64,000 bases of DNA from Eledone cirrhosa (Eukaryota). Of the stretch, positions 26,401 to 38,971 are shown piece after piece (position 1 is the first letter of the stretch; every line of letters starts with the position of its first letter). The notes beneath the pieces are model-generated. The model ran no database searches. It was not told the DNA's origin and was given only the letters and a program-made list of their open reading frames with translations. Location of the stretch: assembly GCA_964016885.1 (NCBI GenBank), contig OZ024756.1, positions 20,584,001 to 20,648,000 of the forward strand. The letters are read 5' to 3'. The translations under genes and the position numbers were made by a program.

Positions 26401-29400
26401 GTAAGGGTTTATTTGGGATCAGGGCCCTCCAAAGGAGTCAACAACAACAATAACATAGATAGAATCAGAAGATTTCACCATAATTATAACAAATATTACC
26501 TACCCTTCGCAGTGTTTCCAATTCTGTTCCAAATATTTTCTGTTTCCTCCATCACAGAAAATCGCAGGGTTTTATTTTTGTTGCCTTTTTTTTAAATTTG
26601 CTTTCGACTTCGTCATTTTACGTCTATCTCCCTCTTTCTCTATTGCACTTTATCTCTCTGTCTGTGTTTCCCTCTCTCTCTTTCTCTTCGTCCGTCTTAC
26701 TTCCCTCTCTTCTGTCTGTCTTATTTCACTCTCTCCATCTATCTTACTTCCCTCTCTCTCTTCTCTCTGTCTGTCTTATTTCTCCCTCTATTCTGTCTGT
26801 CTTATTTCACTCTCTCTCTCTCTGTATCTTACTCCCCTCTCTCTCTTCTCTTTGTATTCCCCCTCTTTATCTCCGTCTGTGATACTTCTCTCTCTCTCAC
26901 TTCTGTATATCTTATTTCCCTCTCTCTTTGTCCGTCTGTCTTGCTACCCCTCTCTCACTCTCTCTCTCTTTCTCTGTATTTCTCCCTCTGTCTCAATTTT
27001 TCTCTTTCCCTCCCTCTGTCTCAGTCTCATTCAAACCTGACGCTTCGCTTGTTTTGATTCTTGGGTATTTTCCCGTCGTTTCTCTATATTTCCTTGTTTG
27101 TCTCTAAGCTTGATGTTTCGTTCATTCATCGAGTTCGTTCAGTCTCCATTATGTTATTCATTCATTAATTAAATTCGTTCAGTGTTGTTTTTTTCAGTCA
27201 TTCATTCAGTGAATTCGTTCAACCTTCTATCTTTCTTTCATTCATTTACTTAGTTCCTTCGCCGTTCTCTCATTCATTCAATGACTTCCACCCGTATTCA
27301 TTCTTCTATTACGTCTGTTAAGTGTTCTTTCATTCATTCGTTCACTAAATTCGTTCAATGTTCTGTCATTCGTTTAGTTAGTTCGTTCGGTAATCCGCCA
27401 TTCATTCATTTAGTTCATCGAGTTCGTTCAATGTTCTTTCATTCATATTTCCTTCAGATATTTGTAACGTCACATATCATTTGCCATTCCTTCACAAACC
27501 ACATTAGAAGCACCTATTGTCTTTCTATCTTCTATTATATCAAAGCTGGTGTATCTGTAGGGTAAAAAGTCTGTCACGTTGTGAACAAGGTTTGGTAATA
27601 AAAGTATGTTTGTGTGCGTGAGAGAGAGGAGGGACGGTAGTGGGGCCGAATTATTATTTTCAAACCTATACTACAAAAATATTGTTTATCCACAAATTAT
27701 ATGAATAACATATTCAATTTTGGGAGTTTATATATAAACTTATAAATAAAATATTTAGATAGTCATGTTGATTATTAATACTTTGCAGTTATTTCTAATC
27801 AAACCGAGGAATTCCCACGGAGGCTGTTAGCCAGTCATTATCATTGCAGCAGGGTCGATAACATAAAGTACCAGTAATGCACTGGAATAATTGCTGGCCT
27901 TGTGCCAAAAGTAGAAACAATTATTATTGCAACTGTTTTTAAAAAATAGCCATTTCAAACTAGACAAACAATATTATTACTGTAATTCCCCGTAATGTTG
28001 TGTTGTGTTATTTTTTTTCTGTGCGTTTAACGACTTACATGTACGTCTGTTTGTCTTCAGTCGCTTTCTTCCTTCCCGCTATTTTTTTGCTTCTGGCAAC
28101 ACCTCCGCGATTTCTTGGAGTTCTTTATTGTCTTTTTCTTTTTGGTTATCGTTTGTTAATAACAAAGTGCTTTCTCCTGCTTCCATATTTGTTGTTGTTC
28201 TTGTAATAATTCCACAACATAAAAACTTGGAGAGAATAGGAAATACAAAGAGAGAAGATATATATATGAAGACGTCTCGCAGATTCTACTTTCATACGTT
28301 GTACTTATTTTTACAAAGTGACGCAAATAATGCCGGCATGATGCGTTTCGCTGCCATTATACTTTGCCTTTCATCCTTACGGGGTCGATAAAATAAAGTA
28401 CCAGTAATGCACTGGGAAATTGCTGGCCTTGTGCCTAAAGTAGAAACAATTATTATTATTGAGTATTAACTTTGCCTAACATCCTTACGGGGTCGATAAA
28501 ATAAAGTACCAGTAATGCACAGGGGTAATTGCTGGCCTTGTGCCAAAAGTCGAAACAATTATTATTGAATATATAGAGAGGGGGAGAGAGGCGTGCTATA
28601 TAAAACCATGTTATTCTGTGATTAGAGAACAGACTTACTTTACTTATGAGTTCTTTTTCCCCTACATGTGTTAATGTTGTCGTGTGTGAGTATGAAAGAC
28701 TGCTTGTGCGAAAGTGAGAGAAAATAGAATTTTGTGATAGTGTTCGTGTGTTGTCAGGTGTGTAAAAATGTGTGTGTGTGTGTGTTAGTTCGATTAAGTG
28801 GATGAAAGAGAGACTGTGTTGGTTCAAGTGAGTATGTGGGTGAGAGAGAAAGAAAGAGTGTGTGCGTGTTAGTTGAAGTGAGAAAGTGTGTGTGTTAGTT
28901 CAAGTGGATGAGAGTGTAAGTGGAATGGTTAATAGAGAAAGCGAAAGATATGGAGGGGGGAGGGTATACCATAGAGTGTGTGTGTGTACGTAAGTGGAAT
29001 GGTTAATAGAGAGAGAGTGGCGAAGAAAGTGTGTATTCTTATGTGTACAAAAGAAGGGGAGAGGGGGATAAAGATTTTGTAGTAAGAGTACGTATGTGTT
29101 CGGTATTGTTTGCATGTTCATGCGTGTGCACGTGCACGAATTGCAGGTGATGTATGCATTTGAGAGAGAGGGGGGGTTAAATGTATGATTTTTAGTTTGC
29201 CATGCAGTTGTTGGCATGCAGTGTAGTGTGGTCTATTATTATAGATGCATAAATTGTTGCGTGTGTGTATTATTTGCGTGAGTTGAACAATGTAGGACTT
29301 AGTTAACATGTGTTGGTAAGGACGTACACGTACAAACTGTGCTGTGTAGTACGTCTGTGAATTAGTGTAAACACACATCTTTAAAGTACAGTCAAAATGG

Positions 29401-29588
29401 AATAGCACTGAATAATATATATATATATATCTATATATATATATATGTGTGTGTGTGTAGAAGTTCTATTTAAATTGTTGGGATACAACAAGCAAATATT
29501 TTTATAACTGATATAAAGCACTCAACAAACTATTGGAGTAAAAATACGATATATTAACAAATGGAAACTATATTTATAAAACCATATT

Positions 29589-29653
29589 TATTTCATTATA
29601 CATATTTCAAGGACACCAACTTAAATTATGGTGTGCTTTCATCAGATAAAATA
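29589..29653 (-). ncRNA. Minimal type I hammerhead ribozyme motif (family A)
   Basis: Minus strand reads TATTTTAT CTGATGA AAGCACACC..GGTGTCCTT GAAA TATGTATA^ATGAAATA. Confidence 0.75.
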
Positions 29654-29875
29654 TAATATAGATCAGTTTTATAAATAAATATTGACATACTCTTAAAGAA
29701 TGCGACCATTTCTGTTGGAAGCTCCCGGATAGTGTCCTTGAAATATGTATAATGAAATAAATATGGTTTTATAAATATAGTTTCCATTTGTTAATATATC
29801 GTATATATATATATATATATATATTTATTATATTTTTGTTTTTCAAATCCACTTTCAATAAATACACCAGGATTT

Positions 29876-29935
29876 TTTCATTCTGATGACTGAAAGCAAA
29901 TGTGTTTGCTTTCAAGAAACCACTGGTAAATGAAA
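29876..29935 (+). ncRNA. Type I hammerhead ribozyme motif (family B)
   Basis: TTTCATT CTGATGA c-TGAAAGCAAA tgtg TTTGCTTTCA-a GAAA CCACTGGTA^AATGAAA. 7-bp stem I, 10-bp stem II, GUA cleavage triplet. Confidence 0.8.
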
Positions 29936-30216
29936 TAATTATCTTATGTTGTTTATTACATAACTATATCAGCCCGTAGGTTGAGGAAAAGGAGGAGGAG
30001 AGGAAAGGAGTACAAGCTCTTCGTACTCCTGGAGATGAGGGTTGCACATTTTTTTTCGGGGGTATGTGTTACCCATATAAACTGTCTCCCTCTATTGGGG
30101 AAAATCGACTAACTTTTAAATTCCATCTGTGATAACATTTTACACGTTTTTATTGTATGTAAACTTCCCCCTTTGTATTTGTCCCCTTCTTTTGTGCCCC
30201 TGTGGCTAATAAAGAA

Positions 30217-30260
<44 letters not shown>

Positions 30261-30364
30261 TAGGTAATTCCGAAGAAAAAGCAAAGGGAAAAAGAGTGCT
30301 CTATGTATAGAACAGAGCTATTTAATTAGAAAGTGAACAACACACTATATAGAGTTTTTATCAT

Positions 30365-30432
30365 CTCTGTCTGATGAACGATCTAGACATATATCAATAT
30401 TGTCTAGGGTCCAGAAACCTTTGGTAACGGAG
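30365..30432 (+). ncRNA. Type I hammerhead ribozyme motif (family C)
   Basis: CTCTGT CTGATGA ..GATCTAGACA..TGTCTAGGGTC.. GAAA CCTTTGGTA^ACGGAG. Base of stem II is mismatched. Confidence 0.65.
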
Positions 30433-30470
30433 TAGTTATATATTGTGTTGTTCACTTTCTAATTAAATAT

Positions 30471-30508
<38 letters not shown>

Positions 30509-31422
30509 TTTACGTCCGCTTTTCCCTGCTTGCAAGATATATATATATATAATTGTTTCTACTTTTGACACAAGGCCAGCAATTACCTCAGTACATTACT
30601 GGTACTTTATTTTATCGACCCCCGTAAGAATGAAAGGCAAAGTTAACCTCGGCAGGATTACAAGGGTGAATGGTTACTCCTTCATTACGTTTATTGGTTG
30701 GTGACGCGCATTTCGCTACTGATCAGCTCAAGGTTTGGTCTGTATCGATCTAGCCTGACTCTGGAATCAAAAGCTCGTGGGACCTCTGTGGTAGTGATGT
30801 CAGAATGAAACACAGGTGAGCCTACAGTAACTCTGCATCACACTCCCTGGATATATATATATATGTGTGTGTGTCTGTGTGTGTGTGTATGTGTGTGTGT
30901 TAAGTATTTCCGTAGAAAAGGTAAAGGAAAGAAAGACCTCTGTGGTAGTGATGACAGAATGAAACACAGGTGAGCCTACAGTAACTCTGCGTGACACTCC
31001 CTGGATATATATATATATGTGTGTGTATGTGTGTGTGTTAAGTATTTCCGTAGAAAAGGTAAAGGAAAGAAGAGTGCTCTATCTATAGTACAGAGCTATT
31101 CAATTACATAATAAACAACATAATATAATTATTCCATTACCAAAGGTTTCAGGAAACATGAAACGTCCAGCTCGTTCATCAAATGAAACAGTTAGCATAA
31201 CTCCTTCATAGTCAGCCTGTGAACTCTTCAGTGGACCCTTGTATATATATATATATATATATATCATATATATATATATATATATGATACAGTGAATTAC
31301 TACTAGTGGTGGTACCAATTTGAGCACTCGAACCACAGGCAGAATGTATATAATAAGAAAAAAGTTTTGTTTACATGTTCTTATGTTTCTCTTGAGTTTC
31401 AACCGTTACATGCGTTTCACAG

Positions 31423-31519
31423 ATGGCTGGCTCAAGGTCACTTATGGAAACCATGAACCTGACTCCAGCATCGATGAAACTTCATTGTTTTTTCTTCTTA
31501 TACATCAGATTTTCCCGCG
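31423..31519 (+). CDS. Candidate exon of an unidentified gene (DGWLKVTYGNHEPDSSIDETSLFFLLIHQIFPR)
   Basis: TTTCACAG acceptor, GT donor at 31520, unique island among repeats. Phase-compatible with the next two exons. Confidence 0.4.
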
Positions 31520-31568
31520 GTGTGATCAGCCTTGTGTGTGTGCGTGTATGTGTATATATATATATATA

Positions 31569-31910
31569 TCATTCATCATTCATTTCATTTTACGTCCACT
31601 TTTCCCTGCTTGCAAGGGTGGGACGGGAACTGATTTTGGCTTGATTTCTACAGCTGGATGCCCTTCCTAACACCAACCTCATTTACAGTGAGTGCTGGGT
31701 GCTTTTTTGCCATGGCATTTCCACGACCACTTTGCAGTGGAATGATAGGGATCCCAGTCCCTATCATCTCATTTCTACAGCTGAGTAAACTGGAGCAATG
31801 TGAAATAAAGTGTCTTGCTCAAGGAAACAACACATCACCCAGTCTGAGAATTGAACTCACAACTTTTCGATTGCAAGGCCAATGCTCTAACCACTAAGCC
31901 ATGTGCCTCC
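31569..31910 (-). mobile_element. tRNA-derived SINE (family 1)
   Basis: Reverse complement of 2199-2544, flanked by (TA)n. Confidence 0.85.
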
Positions 31911-31971
31911 ATATATATATATATTATTCAAAATATTAATAAATGAAAAATATTCTCATAACCAAAATATA

Positions 31972-32034
31972 TATTTTATTATACATATTTCAACGGTACA
32001 ATGGTGTTTAAGTACATTTTCATCAGATAAAATA
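31972..32034 (-). ncRNA. Minimal type I hammerhead ribozyme motif (family A)
   Basis: Minus strand reads TATTTTAT CTGATGA AAATGTAC..GTACCGTT GAAA TATGTATA^ATAAAATA. Perfect 8-bp stem I. Confidence 0.7.
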
Positions 32035-32619
32035 TATGAGAGATTGGATATGCGACATACCGCCAAGGTTTTGATTATTCAATTCCTGTAGTGGAATTGA
32101 ATACATAAGTCTTGTTTATGGAAGACCAACAATCACCCATGCATATCAGTCTCCCCTGTCCATGCCACCGATCTTGTCCAAGGGAAAGGCAAAGGCCAAT
32201 ACAGCTTGGCACCAGTGACTTTGCAACTCATTTCTTCACCTGAGTAAACTGGAATAACATGTAATAAAATGTCTTGCTCAAGGTCACAATGCATCACCTG
32301 GTTCACCTGGTCCAAGAATCGAACTCACAACCTCCTGATTGCAAGCCAGCCCGATGCTCTAATCTCTAAGACATGTGCCTTTACACACACACACACACAC
32401 ACACACGTGTGTGTGTGAATGTGTGAGCCCCGGGTGCAGCCACAGTAAGGTACTCAATACATTAGTAGAGTGTGTACAATAAATTTAATATAGAAATGGC
32501 TTCTACAGGTCCGTTTCCTGATGATTTCCTTTGAATGAAACGGTTCTAGTTCTGTAAAAGCCATTTCTATATTAAATTTGTTATATATATTATATATAGA
32601 CACACACGCGAACGACAAA

Positions 32620-32829
32620 GCATAAATGAATTGAGAGAGAGACTGAGCATAAGAGGAATCAAATGCTGTGTGCAGGAGAGGCGGATGCATTGGTATGGAC
32701 ATGTGATGCGTATGAAGGATGACAGCTGCATAAAAAGCACTAGAAGTCGATGGAAACCGCGGAGTGGGGAGACCCAAGATGACCTGGGATGAGGTGATAA
32801 AAGCCGACCTTACCCAATTACACCTCTCA
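32620..32829 (+). mobile_element. RTE LINE fragment truncated by the assembly gap
   Basis: ERRMHWYGHVMRM...GRPKMTWDEVIKADL. Confidence 0.7.
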
Positions 32830-33029
32830 NNNNNNNNNNNNNNNNNNNNNNNNNNNNNNNNNNNNNNNNNNNNNNNNNNNNNNNNNNNNNNNNNNNNNNN
32901 NNNNNNNNNNNNNNNNNNNNNNNNNNNNNNNNNNNNNNNNNNNNNNNNNNNNNNNNNNNNNNNNNNNNNNNNNNNNNNNNNNNNNNNNNNNNNNNNNNNN
33001 NNNNNNNNNNNNNNNNNNNNNNNNNNNNN
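32830..33029. other. Assembly gap (200 N)
   Basis: Run of N. Confidence 1.
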
Positions 33030-33043
33030 TATAAACATAACAG

Positions 33044-33083
33044 GTTCTTGTCATGGAAACAGCTTGACCAAATCGTTAAGATG
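33044..33083 (+). CDS. Candidate exon of the same gene (FLSWKQLDQIVKM)
   Basis: CAG acceptor (weak tract, next to the gap) and GTTTGT donor. 40 nt, phase 2 to 0. Confidence 0.35.
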
Positions 33084-33599
33084 GTTTGTTTCATAATCAT
33101 TAGGTCCGGGGTTGGCAATTGTATTGTGGGACATCATCACCCCCTCTCTCTCTCCCACACTCTCCCCTTCTATCTCTCACTATCTTTCTCTCTTTCTTCC
33201 AATCATTATCTCCTTCTCTTACTCTCTCTCTCTCGCTTTCTCTTCCCACTCTCCTCTTCTATCTCTCACTATCTTTCTCTCTTTCTTCCAATCATTATCT
33301 CCTTCTCTTACTCTCTCTCTCTCGCTTTCTCTTCCACACTCACTTTCTCCTCCCTCCCTCATCCTCTCTTCCAACCAGTTTCCTGCTCTCACTACTACCC
33401 TCTCTTCCAACCACAATATACAGCTTCTGTTATTTTGTATTTATTTATTTATCCCAATTAATCTTCATGTACAAACACATAAAACATCTCTCCCCCCTCC
33501 CCCCCCTACACTCTCCAAAACACATTCATGTACACTAGTACACACACTCAGAGACACAAATAAAAACACAACACAAACACACTAGTACAGACACAAAAA

Positions 33600-33746
33600 C
33601 ACATACACATAATTAGATACACATATGCATACACACACACACACACATAATATATATATATATAGATAGATATATACATACATACATATATATACATATA
33701 TCTACATATATATATATACATATATCTACATACATATATACATACA

Positions 33747-33786
<40 letters not shown>

Positions 33787-33814
33787 CCATACACATATAC
33801 ATACATACACATGC

Positions 33815-33845
<31 letters not shown>

Positions 33846-33859
33846 CACATGCAATATAC

Positions 33860-33890
<31 letters not shown>

Positions 33891-33974
33891 CATACATATA
33901 TATACATATATATATATATATACATACATATATATACATATATATATATATATACATACATATATATACATATA

Positions 33975-34044
<70 letters not shown>

Positions 34045-34106
34045 CAATACATATATATACATACATATATATATACATACATACATATACATACATATAT
34101 ATATAC

Positions 34107-34161
<55 letters not shown>

Positions 34162-34490
34162 CATATACATACATACATATACATACATTATATACATACA
34201 TAAAATATATATATATATATAATATACACATGCATACATATATACACATACATATATATATACATACATGCATACATATATACACATACATATATATACA
34301 TACATACATACATATATATATATATACATACATACAAACATATATATACATACATACAAACATATATATACATACATACATACAGATATATATACATACA
34401 TATATATATACACATACATATATATATATATACACATACATACACATATACACATACATACACATGCATATATATATATGCATGTGTATG

Positions 34491-34522
<32 letters not shown>

Positions 34523-34591
34523 CATACACATACATACATACACATACATACATATATATACATACATACATATATAAAAATATATATATAT

Positions 34592-34636
<45 letters not shown>

Positions 34637-34678
34637 GACACACACATACATATATATACATATATATATACACACACT
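33600..34678. repeat. (TA)/(TACA) compound microsatellite
   Basis: Directly visible. Confidence 0.95.
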
Positions 34679-34734
34679 ATGTTACCTCATGAATATTTCT
34701 AGTATGGTTGACATATTTTCATTTTCCATTTCAG

Positions 34735-34818
34735 GCAATTTCTAATGTTTCACAATTCATCAAGTGGGAACATTTTCTCCAAGTCTTTTATGATCTTGCT
34801 AATGATACTGCTACTTAA
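34735..34818 (+). CDS. Candidate terminal coding exon (AISNVSQFIKWEHFLQVFYDLANDTAT*)
   Basis: Strong acceptor TTTTCATTTTCCATTTCAG. Unique island between two multi-kb microsatellites. In-frame TAA at 34816-34818. Confidence 0.4.
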   Translation, partial: AISNVSQFIKWEHFLQVFYDLANDTAT

Positions 34819-34844
34819 GCACACATTGTAAAATTAGATATCTC

Positions 34845-37800
34845 TGTATGTGTGTGTATGTATGTATGTGCGTGTATATATATGTATGTGTTGTGTGTAT
34901 GTGTCTATGAATGTGTATGTATGTATGTATGTATATATGTATGTGCGAGTGTATATTTGTATATATATGTATGTATGTACATTTATGTATGTATATATGT
35001 ATGTATGTGGTGTATGTATATGTGAGTGTATATATTTGTATATATATGTATGTATGTACATTTGTGTATGTGTGCATGTATGTATATATGTATGTATGTA
35101 CATTTGTGTATGTGTGCATGTATGTATATATGTATGTATGTGGTGTATGTATATGTGAGTGTATATTTGTATATATATGTATGTATGTATGTACATTTGT
35201 GTGTGTGTGCATGTATGTATATCTGTATGTATATGTGAGTGTATATTTGTATATATATATGTATGTATGTACATTTGTGTATGTGTGCATGTATGTATAT
35301 CTGTATGTATATGTGAGTGTATATTTGTATATATATATGTATGTATGTACATGTGTGTGTGTGCATGTATGTATATATGTATGTATGTGGTGTATGTATG
35401 TGTGAGTGTATATTTGTATATATATATGCATGTATGTATGTGGTGTATGTATGTGTGAGTGTATATTTGTATATATATGTATGTATGTACATTTGTGTAT
35501 GTGTGCATGTATGTATATATGTATGTATGTGGTGTATGTATGTGTGAGTGTATATTTGTATATATATATGTATGTATGTACATTTGTGTATGTGTGCATG
35601 TATGTGGTGTATGTATGTGTGAGTGTATATTTGTATATGTATGTACATTTGTGTGTGTGTGCATGTATGTATATATGTATGTATGTGGTGTATGTATGTG
35701 TGAGTGTATATTTGTATATATATGTATGTATGTACATTTGTGTGTGTGTGCATGTATGTATGTGGTGTATGTATGTGTGAGTGTATATTTGTATATATAT
35801 GTATGTATGTACATTTGTGTGTGTGCATGTATGTATATATGTATGTATGTGGTGTATGTATATGTGAGTGTATATTTGTATATATATGTATGCATGTACA
35901 TTTGTGTGTGTGTGCATGTATGTATATCTGTATGTATATGTGAGTGTATATTTGTATATATATATGTATGCATGTACATTTGTGTGTGTGCATGTATGTA
36001 TATATGTATGTATGTGGTGTATGTATATGTGAGTGTATATATTTGTATATATATGTATGTATGTACATTTGTGTATGTGTGCATGTATGTATATATGTAT
36101 GTATGTGGTATATGTATATGTGAGTGTATATTTGTATATATATATATGTATGTATGTACATTTGTGTGTGTGCATGTATGTGGTGTATGTATATGTGAGT
36201 GTATATTTGTATATATATGTATGTATGTACATGTGTGTGTGTGCATGTATGTATATATGTATGTATGTGGTGTATGTATGTGTGAATGTATATTTGTATA
36301 TATATATGTATGTATGTACATTTGTGTATGTGTGCATGTATGTATGTGGTGTATGTATGTGTGAGTGTATATTTGTATATATATGTATGTATGTACATTT
36401 GTGTATGTGTGCATGTATGTATATATGTATGTATGTGGTGTATGTATGTGTGAGTGTATATTTGTATATATATGTATGTATGTACATTTGTGTGTGTGTG
36501 CATGTATGTATGTATGTATGTATGTATGTATATATATATATGTATGTGCATATATTTGTATGTATGTATGTGTATATGTGTTGTGTGTATGTGTCTATGA
36601 ATGTGTGTATGCGTGTATGTATGTATGTATATTTGTATATATATGTATGTATGTACATTTGTGTATGTGTGCATGTATGTATATATGTATGTGGTGTATG
36701 TATATGTGAGTGTATATTTGTATATATATATATGTATGTACATTTGTGTGTGTGCATGTATGTATGTATGTATGTATATATATGTATGTGCATATATTTG
36801 CATGTATGTATGTATGTGTATATGTGTTGTGTGTATGTGTCTATGAATGTGTGTATGTGTGTATGTATGTATGTATGTGGTGTATGTATATGTGAGTGTA
36901 TATTTGTATATATATATGTATGTATGTACATTTGTGTGTGTGCATGTATGTATATATGTATGTACATTTGTGTGTGTGCATGTATGTATATATGTATGTA
37001 TGTGGTGTATGTATGTGTGAGTGTATATTTGTATATATATGTATGTATGTACATTTGTGTGTGTTTGCATGTATGTATATATGTATGTATGTGGTGTATG
37101 TATATGTGAGTGTATATTTGTATATATATGTATGTACATTTGTGTATGTGTGCATGTATGTATATCTGTATGTATATGTGAGTGTATATTTGTATATATA
37201 TCTGTATGTATGTACATTTGTGTGTGTGCATGTATGTATATATGTATATGTGAGTGTATATTTGTATATATATGTATGTATGTACATGTGTGTGTGCATG
37301 TATGTATATATGTATGTATGTGGTGTATGTATGTGTGAGTGTATATTTGTATATATATATATGTATGTATGTATATTTGCGTATGTGTGCATGTATGTAT
37401 GTATGTGGTGTATGTATATGTGAGTGTATATTTGTATATATATGTATGTATGTACATTTGTGTGTGCATGTATGTATATATGTATGTATGTGGTGTATGT
37501 ATGTGTGAGTGTATATTTGTATATATGTATATATGTATGTTCATTTGTGTATGTGTGCATGTATGTATATATGTATGTATGTGGTGTATGTATATGTGAG
37601 TGTATATTTGTATATATATATATGTATGTACATTTGTGTGTGTGCATGTATGTATATATGTATGTATGTATGTACACATGTATGTATGTATATATATGTA
37701 TGTGCATATATTTGCATGTATGTATGTATGTGTTGTGTGTATGTGTATGTATATATGTGTTGTGTGTATGTGTCTATGAATGTGTGTATGTATGTATGTG

Positions 37801-38398
37801 GTGTATGTATATGTGGGTGTATATTTGTATATATATGTATGTATGTACATTTGTGTATGTGTGCATGTATATATGTATGTACATTTGTGTATGTGTGCAT
37901 GTATGTATATATGTATGTATGTACATTTGTGTATGTGTGTATGTACACATGTATGTATGTATATATATGTATGTGCATATATTTGCATGTATGTATGTAT
38001 GTGTTGTGTGTATGTGTATGTATATATGTGTTGTGTGTGTCTATGAATGTGTGTATGTGTGCATGTATGTATGTATGTGGTGTATGTATATCTGAGTGTA
38101 TATTTGTATATATATGTATGTATGTACATTTGAGTATGTGAGCATGTATGTATATATGTATGTATGTACATTTGTGTATGTGTGCATGTATGTATATATG
38201 TATGTATGTACATTTGTGTAAGTGTGTATGTACACATGTATGTATGTATATATATGTATGTGCATATATTTGCATGTATGTATGTGAGTGTATATATATG
38301 TGTGTTGTATGCGTCTCTGAATGTGTGTATGTGTGTATGTATATATGTATGTATGTGGTGTATGTATATATGTATATATGTATGTATGTATGTATATG
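34845..38398. repeat. 3.5-kb (TATG)-based satellite with about 60-75 bp higher-order unit
   Basis: Recurring GTGGTGTATG..TGTGAGTGTATATTTG..GTACATTTGTG..GTGCATG. Confidence 0.95.
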
Positions 38399-38971
38399 TC
38401 AGGTCACCAGTTGGTGCTACTGGTAACATGTATCCCAGTACAACCTGTCCCATGGTCGGGTCGTTGGCGACTAAACTGGCCACCCCACCAAGGTGCAGGA
38501 CTAAAAACAAAACCTGTCAAAGGGCAAAGGAGCTCTTAAGAGTCAATGGCCATCCAAAATCACCGGGAGAGATGACCCCTTAGCCTTTGTCAAGGCAGAA
38601 TTCTAGAAGGAAAACTCTGATATAACACCTGCAACCCTGATGGTATCCAATGATGTTGACTTGTTCTTCTTTTTGGTAAATATCATCTTGGTTAAGAAAG
38701 TGGGACTGGCTTTGTGCAGTGCCTTTGCTCACTATAAAAGCTTCACGGCACAGGCATTGCTTTATATCTGGAGATCTCTCTGCACTTGTCATCACATGGT
38801 ACCATGGGCCAAGCACTATATGTCAATAATTGTCACAAATGTGGTGTTTGTACCAGAGTTTTCACGTCGCTGGCTGGACTAAAAAGTCACACTTGTTTAG
38901 CGCATCGGTAGGGGTTCTCCTTCATGGATATAAAGTAATGACCGTACTCGAAAACGAGTTGGCAGCTACCA
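38399..38971 (+). mobile_element. LINE 3' end fragment, same family as 5816-6195
   Basis: Reverse-complement similarity to 5816-6195; the ORF track gives near-identical peptides. Confidence 0.65.

Noticed and set aside
34750-34818. Minus-strand peptide ending ...KMFPLDEL*
   Set aside because: ER-retention-like ending, but the minus-strand acceptor is weak and the + strand splice signal is much stronger.
33548-38510. Very long ORFs (up to 1175 aa) rich in Y/I/H/T or C/V/M/Y
   Set aside because: Translations of purine-pyrimidine alternating microsatellites, which cannot form stop codons.
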